Shown here: piece by piece, positions 33,338-45,186 of the stretch
Layout of the letters: each line of letters begins with the position of its first letter
Position numbering within the stretch: position 1 is the stretch's first letter
Assembly (NCBI GenBank): GCA_963727255.1
Contig: CAVSFC010000002.1
Span: 704,001 to 768,000, forward strand
Length of the DNA stretch: 64,000 bases
Direction of reading: 5' to 3'
DNA from: an uncultured bacterium
GTDB taxonomy: Bacteria > Babelota > Babeliae > Babelales > Vermiphilaceae
Made by a program: the position numbers and the translations under genes
The notes under the pieces: generated by a model
The model's input: the letters and a program-made list of their open reading frames with translations, nothing else
Told to the model about the DNA's origin: nothing
Database searches by the model: none

Positions 33338-35044
33338 TTATTTTTCACCACTACCAAACGTAAATACATATAAGGTGACATCCTTAGGCACTTTCACTGT
33401 TAAAACATGCCGGCCATTATCGCCTTTGAGATCGAGGATATCATACATGCGTGAATCTTTTACAGGAATCGTTCCAGCTTCATTCATATCTACGGTATAA
33501 TACTTCTTATCAACCGGTTTTCCATCGAGTAAGACCTCGATTAATGAGAGTGATGCTGCAGACATCACCAGATATACCCGATTACCAATGAAATTAATAT
33601 CTAATCGTGCGTCGTTAGATTTTGCAGTGATCGATTCATCAGCAACAAGCCATGAGCCATGCAATCCAACCTGATCATCCGCTAAACGCCCTTTATAATC
33701 ATACATATTTGTTGCATTTGCCTGCAGTCTGATATCCGGATGGTATTGCGATGCGCGTGCAATGCCAAGATATGTTTCAGGTGTTTGCGGTTTGATGGGT
33801 TCACGGCTTTCTCTTTCGGATATTTCTTGAAGTCCCAGTAAGCTTCGAATGCTATTTTCGGTTTTAAGATATTCTCCCTCGCCAAAATGCGTATATGAAA
33901 TAATGCCGTTTTGGTCTAGCAAATAATGCGCGGGCCAGTACCGATTATGATATGTTTGCCAGGTTGAAAAATGATTATCGAGTGCAACCGGATAGCTGAT
34001 TCCAAAACGTTTAATCGCATCTTGAACATTGGCAGGATTTTTTTCAAATTCAAATTCCGGGGTATGCACACCAACGATCACAAATCCTTTATCTTTATAT
34101 TTTGCATACCAATTTTTTAGATAGGGCAACGTGCGCACACAATTGATGCAACTATAGGTCCAAAAATCGATGAGCACCACTTTATTTTTCAACTGCTCAA
34201 GTGTGAGCGGGGGAGAATTAAACCATTGAGAGATCCCCACAAAATCGGGGGCATGGGCACCGGGAGCCGAACTTGAAAATTTATTCATCGCGGGTTCTTT
34301 TTGTAATTGTTCTAATTCTTTTTTTACTGCTTCATTTGAATCGATGGAGATCATCGGAAAATATTTTACTGCAATTTGCTGCAGCGTTACATCAAAATGG
34401 AAAGCAATTGCCAGTGCACCTCCGATCATGAGAGCACCAAAAATCTTTCTCAGTGTTTCGGTATAGGGAGCAAGCGCAGAGGTTGAATTGGTGATTTTGT
34501 TGCCCCCATACATTATTAAAAACATGGGTAGGGCAGTGCCTATGCTATAGGTGAGCGTGGTTAAAACAGTCGCCCATGTTATTGCATTGGTTGCAACGAG
34601 TGTGGTGATGGTCGCAAGAATTGGGCCTGCGCACGGAGTCCAAATCAATCCAAGCGCAACCCCCAATAAAAAGCCTGACCAAAAACCGGTGCCTAAGGTT
34701 GCTGATTGTTCTTGCACTTGTAATCCAATGTTTGCAATCCCTGATGTTTTGGCGGCAAACCAGTCTCCCAATCGGGGGAAAAGCATGGTGAGTCCAAAAA
34801 ATGTGATTAATGCAATGGCGCAATAGCGCAAAGCGTCAGCAGAAATTCCCGTTAGATGTATGATGCTGGTCAGTGCAAGCGTAAAAAAGGAAAAGCTGAG
34901 TACTAAACCCAAAATGATCCCGAGTGAACGATAGCGCCCCTCAGCGATTCCTGCCGAGAGCAATATTGGTAAGACCGGAAGTACGCAGGGAGAAAGAACG
35001 GTGAAGATACCGGCAAGAAATGCGAAAAACAGAAGAAGATACAT
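33338..35044 (-). CDS. dipZ: DipZ-like protein (CcdA membrane domain + thioredoxin + C-terminal domain)
   Basis: LSPCVLP, WTPCAGP, DFWTYSCINC, GVHTPEFEFEK, TPETYLG, FTFG. Confidence 0.92.
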   Translation of the reverse strand: MYLLLFFAFLAGIFTVLSPCVLPVLPILLSAGIAEGRYRSLGIILGLVLSFSFFTLALTSIIHLTGISADALRYCAIALITFFGLTMLFPRLGDWFAAKTSGIANIGLQVQEQSATLGTGFWSGFLLGVALGLIWTPCAGPILATITTLVATNAITWATVLTTLTYSIGTALPMFLIMYGGNKITNSTSALAPYTETLRKIFGALMIGGALAIAFHFDVTLQQIAVKYFPMISIDSNEAVKKELEQLQKEPAMNKFSSSAPGAHAPDFVGISQWFNSPPLTLEQLKNKVVLIDFWTYSCINCVRTLPYLKNWYAKYKDKGFVIVGVHTPEFEFEKNPANVQDAIKRFGISYPVALDNHFSTWQTYHNRYWPAHYLLDQNGIISYTHFGEGEYLKTENSIRSLLGLQEISERESREPIKPQTPETYLGIARASQYHPDIRLQANATNMYDYKGRLADDQVGLHGSWLVADESITAKSNDARLDINFIGNRVYLVMSAASLSLIEVLLDGKPVDKKYYTVDMNEAGTIPVKDSRMYDILDLKGDNGRHVLTVKVPKDVTLYVFTFGSGEK

Positions 35045-35196
35045 GTAAATTCCTTTTTTACGAATATAATTGCTTTTATTGTGACATATACCAATTTTTA
35101 ATAATCGAACATGAATAAGAAAGAGATCGCAAAAATATTTGATTTTTTAGGCGATTATGTACAACAATTAAGAAGGCACTAAAATCAAGGAGAACA

Positions 35197-35481
35197 ATGA
35201 AATTAGGCAAACAGCATGTTGCGCGGATTTTTCTTTGTGGTGAAATAATTGTGTTTGCAGGATTTTACATTTTTGGCACTAATGGAATTATGGCGCTCAT
35301 GCATATGAAAAAAGATATTGCAGTGCTGGATCGGCAAGTGATTCAGCTAAAAGGCGATGTATCTCATTTGCAATCAACGATCGCATTGCAAAAGAAACAC
35401 CCATTTTTCCAAGAAAAGATTGCACGCGAGCAGTTGCAAATGGCGCGTGTTGATGACGAAGTGTATTTGATAAATAAATAA
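35197..35481 (+). CDS. Septum formation initiator (FtsB/DivIC family)
   Basis: TM, then FGTNG, coiled coil, EKIAREQLQMARVDDEVY. Confidence 0.8.
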   Translation: MKLGKQHVARIFLCGEIIVFAGFYIFGTNGIMALMHMKKDIAVLDRQVIQLKGDVSHLQSTIALQKKHPFFQEKIAREQLQMARVDDEVYLINK

Positions 35482-35489
35482 CTATTCAA

Positions 35490-35577
35490 CCGTTCGTTTC
35501 GCACGAGCATTATGCGAGTCGAGAAATATAAAACATAACTTCTCGATTTGGCTTTAGGCCTCACTCGAAGCGAACGG
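35490..35577. repeat. REP-like palindromic element (opposite orientation to 33212 copy)
   Basis: ccgttcg...tcgagaa...ttctcga...cgaacgg. Confidence 0.8.
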
Positions 35578-35595
35578 GAAATTAAAGAGGACTAA

Positions 35596-36207
35596 ATGTT
35601 TACACTACCAAAGCTCCCCTATAGCTATGATGCTCTTGAGCCGTATATTGATGCGCAAACCATGGAAATTCATTATACCAAGCATCATCAAGCGTATGTT
35701 GATAATCTTAATGCCGCATTGAAAAATTATCCGGCCTTACAGCAAAAAACGTTAGAAGAACTTATTAAAGGATATGCTACATTGCCCGAAGAGATTGCAA
35801 CTGCTGTCCGTAATAATGCCGGCGGGCACTTTAATCACTCACTCTTTTGGACCTTGATGAAAAAGAATGGTGGTGGTCAGCCCAAAGGTAAAGTTGCTGA
35901 TATGATTAAACAAAAATATGGATCATTTGAGTATTTCCAAAATGATTTCAATACCGCGGCAAAAAAAGTCTTTGGAAGTGGCTGGGCATGGCTTGCGATA
36001 GATAAAGACGGCCAATTAGTTGGAGTATCAATGCCAAATCAAGATGCAACATTAATAAATGGGCTGCAGCCAATTTTTGGCCTTGATGTATGGGAGCATG
36101 CCTATTATTTAAAATATCAAAATAGGCGCCCTGATTATATTAATGCCTGGTGGAATGTGATCAACTGGGATCAGGTGGAGGAGAACTATCGATCAATTAT
36201 TGAGTGA
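35596..36207 (+). CDS. sodA: Fe/Mn superoxide dismutase
   Basis: LPYSYDALEP, HYTKHHQAYV, GGHFNHSLFW, FGSGWAWL, DVWEHAYY. Confidence 0.95.
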   Translation: MFTLPKLPYSYDALEPYIDAQTMEIHYTKHHQAYVDNLNAALKNYPALQQKTLEELIKGYATLPEEIATAVRNNAGGHFNHSLFWTLMKKNGGGQPKGKVADMIKQKYGSFEYFQNDFNTAAKKVFGSGWAWLAIDKDGQLVGVSMPNQDATLINGLQPIFGLDVWEHAYYLKYQNRRPDYINAWWNVINWDQVEENYRSIIE

Positions 36208-36423
36208 TAGTTAAATTATAATAGTATTATTGCGCGACCATGAGTTGCGAGTCAGCTGAGTAAAGGGTACTTTTACCGGTTCGGGTTCTATCTGTTACCC
36301 ATGCTTTGTTAGCTAGAAAATAAGAGCAACTAATTCAATATGCCCGTTAGTTATAGTAAAATTGATTAATTTTGAGATACTAGAATCATGCTATTTATTA
36401 TATTTCCTATTTAAAGGTCTTTT

Positions 36424-38713
36424 ATGCAGTTTAAAATAAATCCACGAATTTTTAGTGAATACCCCGGGGCTTCTGTAGGAGTTGTTGTTGCCAAAGGCAT
36501 TAACAATTCTAAAGAACTAAAAGAGGTAATGGATTTATTGAAAAAGCAGCAAGATGAAGTTTTAAAACAGATACATGCCGATCAAATAAGTGCACATGCT
36601 CATATTGCTCCATGGCGCCAAGCATATACTAAATTTGGCGCAAAACCGAAAGATCATCTATCTTCAATTGAAAATTTATTGCGAAGGGTGATTAAGCGAC
36701 AGCCTTTCAGATCGATCAATACCCTGGTTGATCTTTATAACGTGGTTTCTCTCAAATATATGCTGCCTGCAGGCGGAGAAGATTTAGATACGATCAAAGG
36801 GGATATCGAGCTCACATTTGCTGGAAAGAATGAACAGGCCGTATTTCTTCTGGGGGAAAAAGAAGCGAAAGCCCCCAATGAAGGCGAAGTGTTTTATAAA
36901 GATGAAAACGGAGCTATTTGCCGTCGTTGGAACTGGAAAGAGGCCGATCGCACCAAAATTACACCAGATACGAAAAATGCTTTTTTTGTATTAGAAATTT
37001 TGCCTCCCGTAAAAAGAGAATTTCTCGAAGCAGCAACCCACGAGCTTGCTGCACTCATTCAAAAATTCTGCAATGGAGACATTTCGGTTGCAATTCTTGA
37101 TCAACAACATCCAAGTATTGATTTGAAAAAAAATACTGAATATATAACCCAAGAACCGATCAGAAAGATTGAAATATCTGAATCTCCCTATCAAATAGGA
37201 ATTCAAAAGGCTGAGTCCATCGAAGCTAAACCGCTAGATGATAGTGCTGAGCATCAGATTCGGCTAGAAAAATTAAAATCACTTGAACAAGTAAATATCA
37301 AACCGTGGCCTGAAGCAAAAGATATTACAGCGACCTGCGCGCACGTGCATAAAGAATTTGATCCTTTAATCCTGGGTGCAAATGGGGAAGGCAAAGCATA
37401 TGCGGTTGCGGGTCGCATTCGTATTATTCGCCATCATGGAAAAGCCTCATTTGTGGTGATCCAAGATCAAAGTGGCCAGTTGCAACTTTATATTAAGCAG
37501 GATGATATTGGCGATAAAGCATATGAGCAATTTAAGCATTTGATTGATGTTGGTGATATTGTTTGGGCGCAGGGCAATGTTTTTAAAACAAAAATGGGTG
37601 AAATTACCATCAAAGTGAACAAGTTTGAATTACTCAGCAAATGTCTATTTCCACTTCCTGAAAAATTTCATGGCCTGCATGATATTGAGACCATTTATCG
37701 TCAGCGCTATTTAGATTTGATTACCAATCAGGCAAGCCGCGAGCGTTTTGCAAAACGCTCGGGAGTAATTCGCGCATTCCGGAACTATCTTGATAATCAT
37801 GGGTTTATGGAAGTAGAAACGCCGATGCTCCATCCAATTCCGGGTGGTGCTGCAGCAAAACCATTTATTACGCATCATAATGCGCTTGGAAATGATTTTT
37901 ATTTGCGCATTGCGCCAGAGCTTTATTTCAAAAGATTGGTAGTTGGCGGTTTTGAACGAGTGTATGAAATTAATCGAAATTTTAGAAATGAAGGAATTTC
38001 AACGCGCCATAATCCTGAATTTACCATGCTTGAAATGTATTGGGCACATCACGATTATCATTTTATTATGAAATTTGTTGAAGATATGATGCGTGATGCG
38101 GTGCAACAAGTTTGCGGGATGCTTACAAGTTCCCTTTGATGATTTTACCATCGATTTTGAAAAACCATTTAAAATAACCACCATTAAAGATGCGGTGCTT
38201 GAATATGGCAAATATACTCAAAAAGATATTGCGCCGGAACGTATTGATGCACGTTTAAAAGAACATGCTATTACCATGGCAAATAAAAATGCATCATGGG
38301 GTGAAAAAATATATGCATTATTTGAAAAAATTGTTGAACATCGTTTGATACAGCCAACATTTGTTACCGAATTCCCCATTGAAGTTTCACCACTTGCAAA
38401 ACGTGATGAAAAGAATCCTCAATTTGCAGCACGTTTTGAACTTTTTATTGCCGGTATGGAAATTAGTAATGGCTTTAATGAGCTTAATGATCCGTTTGAT
38501 CAAGCAGCTCGTTTTAAACAACAAGCTGGTGCGCGTGCGGGTGGCGATGCAGAAGCGCATCATTATGATGCTGAATATGTTCATGCGCTTGAATATGGAT
38601 TGCCGCCAACGGTTGGCGTTGGCATTGGTATTGATCGGTTTGCTATGCTTGTGACCAATACGCATTCAATTAAAGATGTTATTTTATTTCCGACGTTGAA
38701 GAAAAAAGAATAA
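36424..38713 (+). CDS. lysS: Class II lysyl-tRNA synthetase with N-terminal B3/4 domain (one frameshift near 38125)
   Basis: B3/4 motifs [24 protein letters not shown]; LysRS motifs [21 protein letters not shown]...[15 protein letters not shown]. Confidence 0.95.
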
Positions 38714-38789
38714 TCTCACCTTGACTTTAACTCATACCCTTTTCTAGTTTTAAGTTGAATTACAACTTTATGCAAAAAGGGAAAAGGGT

Positions 38790-40729
38790 ATGAAGAATAT
38801 AAAACTCTTATTGGTGAGCCTTTGTGGCATTCTCAGCTTTTCGATATATGCAGATCGAGTTACGGTTCATAATAGAACCCCACGTGATCTATACATCGGT
38901 ATTTATTATATCGGCACTGAAGTTGCCATTCATGGATCAGCCTAAAGCATACACTAGCAACTCCAATTCAATTTTTAGAAACGGATTCATCAGGAAATAT
39001 TGAGCGCCCAGCCCGTAAAGTTACTTATGATCGTGAACTGGTATTTGTGGAAGATAAAGATCTTCTGACCCCAGAGCTTACCAAAGAACAGCTTGAAAAA
39101 TACCATTCAAAAAATGTGGGCAATCTCCAAGGTGATGTTTTTTATATTGGTGACAAAGAAGCAGAATTTTATGGGTATACCACGGTTGAATGGAATATTG
39201 TTGAGCCTACAATACGCAAAGCACGCGAAGCGGTATTGCAAAAGCTTCCGGCCATTGGGGAAAATCCGTATAAAAATACTCCCGCAAAAGTGAGAGCCGG
39301 AAAACAAATTTCCAATGAAGAAAAACAGTATATTGCAGAACGTATGCAGCGGGTTAAAAGTAGTAGTGAAAAGTTATTAAATCAAAAGCTTGATGGGAAA
39401 AAAATTCCTACTGTTGCTATGGTTTTTAGTGGCGGTGGCTATCGTGCGATGCTCTATACAACCGGAGCACTTCTAGGGGCAAGTAATATTGGCATACTCG
39501 ATTGCACGAGTTATATGGTCGGGCTTTCAGGATCCACTTGGGCAATAGGAGGCTGGCTTTTAAGTAATAAGCCAATTGCACAGCATCATGATTGGTTAAT
39601 AAGAAATATTAACTATGGTTTGACTAATATTAGTGCGAATGATGCGCGATTAATTGGAGAAAGTTTAATAACAAAATATTTCTTTGACGAACCTATTGAT
39701 GTTGTTGATTTATATGGATCATTACTGGTCAATGAACTATTTTCCCAAGCTCAAGATCTTAAACAACGGATGACTTTATCAAGCCAAATGGCCAGAGTAA
39801 AAGGTTTGCAAACCCCATTCCCAATCTATACTGCAATATCGGGCGAAAGCTTAGAATCAGAAAATCTTTGGTATGAATTTAATCCGGTTGAAGTCGGGGC
39901 CGCATGGATTGGACCACAGGGATTTTATGTGCCAAGTTGGGCATTCGGTAGACGGTTTAAGAATGGATCGTCAATTAATTTTGCACCCGAGCAAAATTTT
40001 GGAGTGTTGATGGCTACGTTTGGGCTTGCCATTGGTATTACTATTACTCGTTTGGTGCAGGAAATTGGCCTTAAAGACAAAGTGCAAACAATGTTTGTTA
40101 AAAATATTATTGATCGCGTTTTACTCGAAGCAGGTCATAAACGGTTAACCTCGTCAGATTTTGCTAATTACACCTATCAGCTGCCTGGCAGTATCTATGC
40201 GGATAAACCGGTTATCAGGCTTGTGGATGCCGGAATTCATATTAATCTTCCGTATACGCCGGTCATGGGAGAACGCCCTGAGCGCGTTGCTGATATTGTT
40301 ATTTTTGTTGATGCTTCAGGCGATGATATTGGCAAAGATTTAAAGGCAACTGCTGATTTTGCACGAAGCAAAGGATTTAAATTTCCACCAATAGATTATA
40401 CCGCTGCCATTAAAAGGGTGCCCACCATGTTTAAAGATGATCGCGATCATCAGGCACCGATTGTTATTTATGTTCCACGTATTCTTGATCAGCAACTTGT
40501 TAATGAAAAACGTTCGCAGCCGGGATTTAAAGATATTATTCCTGCAGTAGAAAGTCTCAATGTTGAACAATGCATTAAATCAGGGCCTTGCTCGACCTTT
40601 AATTTTAAAAACACAGAAGCGCAAGCCCGCGCAATGACCGGCCTCGGCATGATTAATATGATGGCTATAAAAGATTTATTTGCACAAGCGGTTGCGATTA
40701 AAGCCGGTGTTTCACCCGCACCTAAATAA
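38790..40729 (+). CDS. Exported cPLA2/lysophospholipase-B-like phospholipase, paralog 1 (frameshift near 38920)
   Basis: Signal peptide from 38790; SGGGYRAM, GLSGSTW, PFPIYTA, WYEFNPVEVG, LVDAG. Confidence 0.85.
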
Positions 40730-40743
40730 TAAAGGATCATACT

Positions 40744-42774
40744 ATGAATTATAAGGTGAGAATGTATGAATTCATTAGAGCATTTTCTCCGTTCGGGTTG
40801 ATGGAGGCCTGCAAGGCGGAATGGAAACCTCTCCACTCGCGCTTTGCGCTCCATCGAGGCCAACGGGAGGTGGGAATTCAGAAGAATTTCATTGTATTAC
40901 TCCTTCTAAACACAGCACTTTGTGCTGATGTAATAACGGTTAATAATACAACGTGCCGAGACGTACATGCCGCGATTTATCGTCAAAAAAAATATTCCCT
41001 TTATGGCGCAGCCTGATGCACAACGGGTTACCCCCGTTCAATGTATTGATGCACAAAAATCGGCGCAATTCACTCGACCAGATTTCTCACTGGGATATGA
41101 TCGAGAACTTGTTTTTGTGGAAGATCCGGCTTTGCTTACCGATACACTATCATCTGATTCTCTTAATCAGTACCATGCAAAAAATATTGGCAATTTGCAG
41201 GGCAGCACTTTTTATCTGGGTGATAATGATGGGGATATTTATGGATACACGGTACTTGAGTGGAAGGCTATCCAACTACCGTTACAATATGCGCAGCAGC
41301 AACTCCTTAATTTGGTCCCTGCAATTGCAAATAATCCGTATAAAAATCAGGTTGCCTACGTGCGTTATGGAAATGGTTTATGCGATCAGGAAAAAGCATT
41401 TTTGAGTAATCGAGCAAATTATGTTGCAAAATCGTTGGTTCAATTCACGGGAAACCCATTGGGTGTTAAAATTCCAACTATTGCATTAGTTTGTAGTGGG
41501 GGTGGTTTTCGGGCTATGCTCTATGCAACCGGAGCTTTAAAAGGGATTAATGAGCTGCAATTGCTCGATGCCATTACCTATGCAGTTGCATTATCCGGAT
41601 CAACCTGGGCAGTTGGTACTTGGATCTCAAGTGGCAAATCGATCGAAGAATTTCATGATTGGCTCATTAATACTATTGGCTTGAGTATGAAAAGTTGTGA
41701 TGAGGAAGATTTTGCCGTAATCAGTGAAACATTGCTCACTAAATATTGGGCAGGCCAACCTCTGGGATTTGTTGATCTTTATGGAGCATGTTTGGCCAAT
41801 GATCTCTTTGATAGTTTTACAACTGATAGGGTGCAAGTACATATATCGGATCAGAGTAAATTGATTGCAGATGGAAGTTTGCCAATGCCTATTTATACTT
41901 CAATTAGCGCCGAAGATAGTGCGGATGAAAACTTGTGGTATGAATTTACACCACATGAAGTTGGCGCACAATGGTTGAATGCCTATGTGCCGACATGGGC
42001 TTTTGGAAGAAAATTCAAGAATGCTACTTCAGTAACATTTGCACCTGAGCAGCCGATGGGAACATTGCTCGGCACTTTTGGACTTGCCATCGGCGTTACG
42101 GTTAAGCGTATGTTTCAAGAGGTTAATTTACAAGATACGATGAAAATCGGGCTCTTAAAAAAACTGGTAGCGCGCATTTTGGCTGGCTATGGGAATGATC
42201 GGCCTATTTCGTGCAGAATATCTTAATTTTGTTGCGGGTATAAAAAATACTCAATTTAATACGCTTCCAATTTTGAAGTTTGTTGATGCGGGGATTAATT
42301 TTAATTTGCCCTATCCGCCGATTAGTGGGCAGCGTGCGGCACGCAAAGCGGACATCATGATTTTTGTCGATGCATCAGAAGGAACTATTGGTACTGAATT
42401 GCAAAATGTCGAGAATTATGCGCATGCCCATCAACTGCCATTCCCTGCAATTGATTATTCGATGGTAGGCAAGCAAGCAGTGAGTATTTTTAAAAGTGAT
42501 ACAGATCCGAATGTGCCGGTGGTAATTTATATTCCCTGTGTGGTTGATCATGCATTGCTTGAAGCCCATAAAGATGATATGCAAGAGCTTTATGGAATTT
42601 TACATGATTTTGACATTGAAAAATGCATGGATCTTGTCATGCAATACGTTTAATTTTCAATATACGTGCCAAGATGCGCGAAAAGTTACGGCATTAGGAG
42701 AATTTAATATGCTTATGGCTCGCGATGCAATAGCCCAAGCGGTCTCACTCTGTGGAGGAAAAGTAGCGGTATAA
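40744..42774 (+). CDS. Exported cPLA2-like phospholipase, paralog 2 (frameshifts near 40990, 42210, 42640)
   Basis: SGGGFRAM, ALSGSTW, PMPIYT, WYEFTPHEVG, FVDAG; collinear with paralog 1. Confidence 0.85.
40787..40869. repeat. Degenerate REP-like element in frame within the 5' end of phospholipase 2
   Basis: ctccgttcg...gaggcc...gaat...ctct..actc...tgcgctc...aacgggag aligns with 33212-33293. Confidence 0.65.
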
Positions 42775-42809
42775 ATATCTTGTGAGCAAAAAATTAAAGG
42801 ATTTTTTTT

Positions 42810-43025
42810 ATGTGTAATCGATGTCTTTTAGTGTTTTTGGCTGGTGGTGCAGCATTTCATGCGATAAGCCACATTGTTCTGGCTTTTACTGATGTATTAC
42901 CAATCACTGTTTGGGGAATTGCGCTCACCGAAAATCTTAATTATCTAATTATTGCCGGATCTGTGGCATTATCTGCACTCTTGCTTTATTTGGCTCGCTA
43001 TAAACAGTGCGATTGTGGCGCATAA
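42810..43025 (+). CDS. Small 2-TM membrane protein
   Basis: AAGGA RBS; two hydrophobic helices; FHAISH; Cys at both ends. Confidence 0.6.
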   Translation: MCNRCLLVFLAGGAAFHAISHIVLAFTDVLPITVWGIALTENLNYLIIAGSVALSALLLYLARYKQCDCGA

Positions 43026-43040
43026 ATTCTTGTGTTAAAC

Positions 43041-43080
43041 CCGTTCATCTCGAGCGAGCATTTTTATGCGAGTCGAGAGA
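43041..43080. repeat. Half REP-like element
   Basis: ccgttcatctcgagcgagcatttttatgcgagtcgagaga resembles the left arm of 35490 copy. Confidence 0.7.
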
Positions 43081-43096
43081 TAATCCTAGGAGTGAT

Positions 43097-43348
43097 ATGA
43101 AAAAATACGCCTTTATTCTATTGTTATCTTCGTTTTTTCTCTATGCCGATGATGATAATCCTACCAATCCGACCATAAGAACGAATCAAATAAAGACTGA
43201 TGATTCGGATAAGCGAATAGAGCAATTATTAAAAGATGCTCGAAACCTCTCAACGGAAGAGAATTCAAAAAATTGTGTGTGGACAATTTTTAAATGTTGT
43301 TTTTGTGGAGCATCATCTACTGGCAATAAAAGAAAATTTAGTCTCTAG
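43097..43348 (+). CDS. Small exported protein with C-terminal Cys cluster
   Basis: AGGAG RBS; signal LYA|DDD; CVWTIFKCCFCG. Confidence 0.65.
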   Translation: MKKYAFILLLSSFFLYADDDNPTNPTIRTNQIKTDDSDKRIEQLLKDARNLSTEENSKNCVWTIFKCCFCGASSTGNKRKFSL

Positions 43349-43448
43349 TTTTGTTTAAAAAGTGGCTATTTCATTTTTTGCCATTTTCGCTATCTTTAGA
43401 ACTTATTCAATAGAAAAAAATTACAAAATAATAGTTCTTGGGATTTGC

Positions 43449-45186
43449 ATGGCCACAATGAGAGGGGCGAAATATCTTTGGAAATTGCCTCAGGGTGACC
43501 CTCACGCGATTTGGCAAATTGCTTCTTCGTATAATCTTTCATATCCGATAGCGCAATTATTAATCTCGCGCGGATATGCGGATAAGAGCGCTATCGATTC
43601 ATTTCTTGTTTAGTTCATTTGAAAAAGATGTTGCTCATGCGAGTCAATTAAAAGATGCGCAAAAATCGGTTGATCGGATTCTTAAAGCAATTCATAATAA
43701 AGAAAAAATATTAGTTTTTGGCGATTATGATGTTGATGGGATAACCTCATCAGCGCTCATGATGATTTGCTTGTTGCCGCTTGGCGCGGATGTAAATTTT
43801 TATTTGCCCCATCGGTTGCGCGATGGCTATGGCATTTCTACAAAAATTGTTGAGCGTGCTGCTCAAAATAGATATACATTAATTATTACCGTTGATAATG
43901 GAATCACTGCATTTGATCCGGCTCAAAAAGCAAAAGAACTATGGCATTGATCTTATTATCACTGATCACCATAAACCGCATGATCATGTGCCTGATGCAT
44001 ATGCGATTGTTAATCCCAATCAGATTGATTGTGCATATCCGTTTAAATCACTTGCGGGTGTTGGGGTTACGTTTAAATTGCTTTCATTGTTATATGAAAT
44101 GAAGGGATTGCAATTGCCCGCAAAAGCATATGAACTATTATTGCTTGGCACTATTGCCGATGTGGTGCCACTTCTAGGAGAAAATCGTTTTTGGGTGCGT
44201 TATGGCCTTAATTATATTAATGCTACTGAAAGCCTTTCTTTTAAGATGCTCAAGCAAAATGGCAAAGTAACTAAGCCAGCAGTTTCAGCAACTGATATTG
44301 GTTTTTCTATTGCTCCGCAAATTAATGCATTCGGGCGCTTAGAAGATCCGCGGCAGGGGGTAAAATTTTTAATCGGTTCTGATCAGGCGACGGTCAATGA
44401 AGTTGGCGCAGTACTGCTTGAGCTTAATCAGGCGCGCAAAGAGATTGAGCGTTCCATTATTGCAAGCATTGAAACGGAAATTGCCTGCAAAAAAATTGAT
44501 CTTGAAAAAGATCAGATTATTATTGCTGCGAGTGATGAATGGACGCCAGGAGTTATTGGATTTGTTGCATCGCGATTTGTGGGAGCCTATGGTAAACCAA
44601 CATTGCTTTTCCATCTCACTAAAGATGGCAAGGCAAAAGGATCATGCCGATCAATTCCTGAATTTAATATGTTTCAAGGCATTAACTGCATGTGCTGATT
44701 TAATCGATCAATTTGGCGGGCATCCTATGGCGGCAGGCTTAAGCTTACCGGCAAAAAATTTGCCGTTGCTTAAAGAGCGATTGCAAGAATTATTGCTGCA
44801 ACAGGTTTCAGCAGAAGATTTGCAACCAAAAGTTACGCTTGATGCAGAAGTTAAACTTGCCTGATCTTACCAAAAAATTCACTGATGATTTGGCTCATCT
44901 AGAGCCATTTGGTAATCAGAATAGCCATCCGAGCTTTTATGTAAAAGAGGCGGTGCTTGTGCAAAAACCGATGCTGCTCAAAGATGCTCATGTAAAATGT
45001 TCCATATTTGCTGATGGGGTAATTAAGCCGGTTATATTTTTTAATCGCCCGGAACTTTTTGATCAGCTGATGAATATTGGGCAGGATTCTTTTGATTTAG
45101 CGGTGCAAGTGAGTGAAAATCATTGGAATGGAAAAGTATCGATCGAATTGCAAGGTATTGATATTGCATTTAAGAGGACAGCATGA
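43449..45186 (+). CDS. recJ: ssDNA exonuclease RecJ (frameshifted)
   Basis: GDYDVDG, ITVDNG, ITDHH, GTIADVVPL, KGSCRS, FGGHPMAAG, LEPFGNQN. Confidence 0.93.

Noticed and set aside
33212..35577. Composite transposon carrying dipZ-ftsB
   Set aside because: Inverted ends are members of a dispersed repeat family; no target-site duplication seen; ftsB is a core gene
43007..43096. In-frame REP insertion in ORF 43007..43348
   Set aside because: The better start is ATG 43097 with AGGAG RBS and signal peptide, so the half-REP is intergenic
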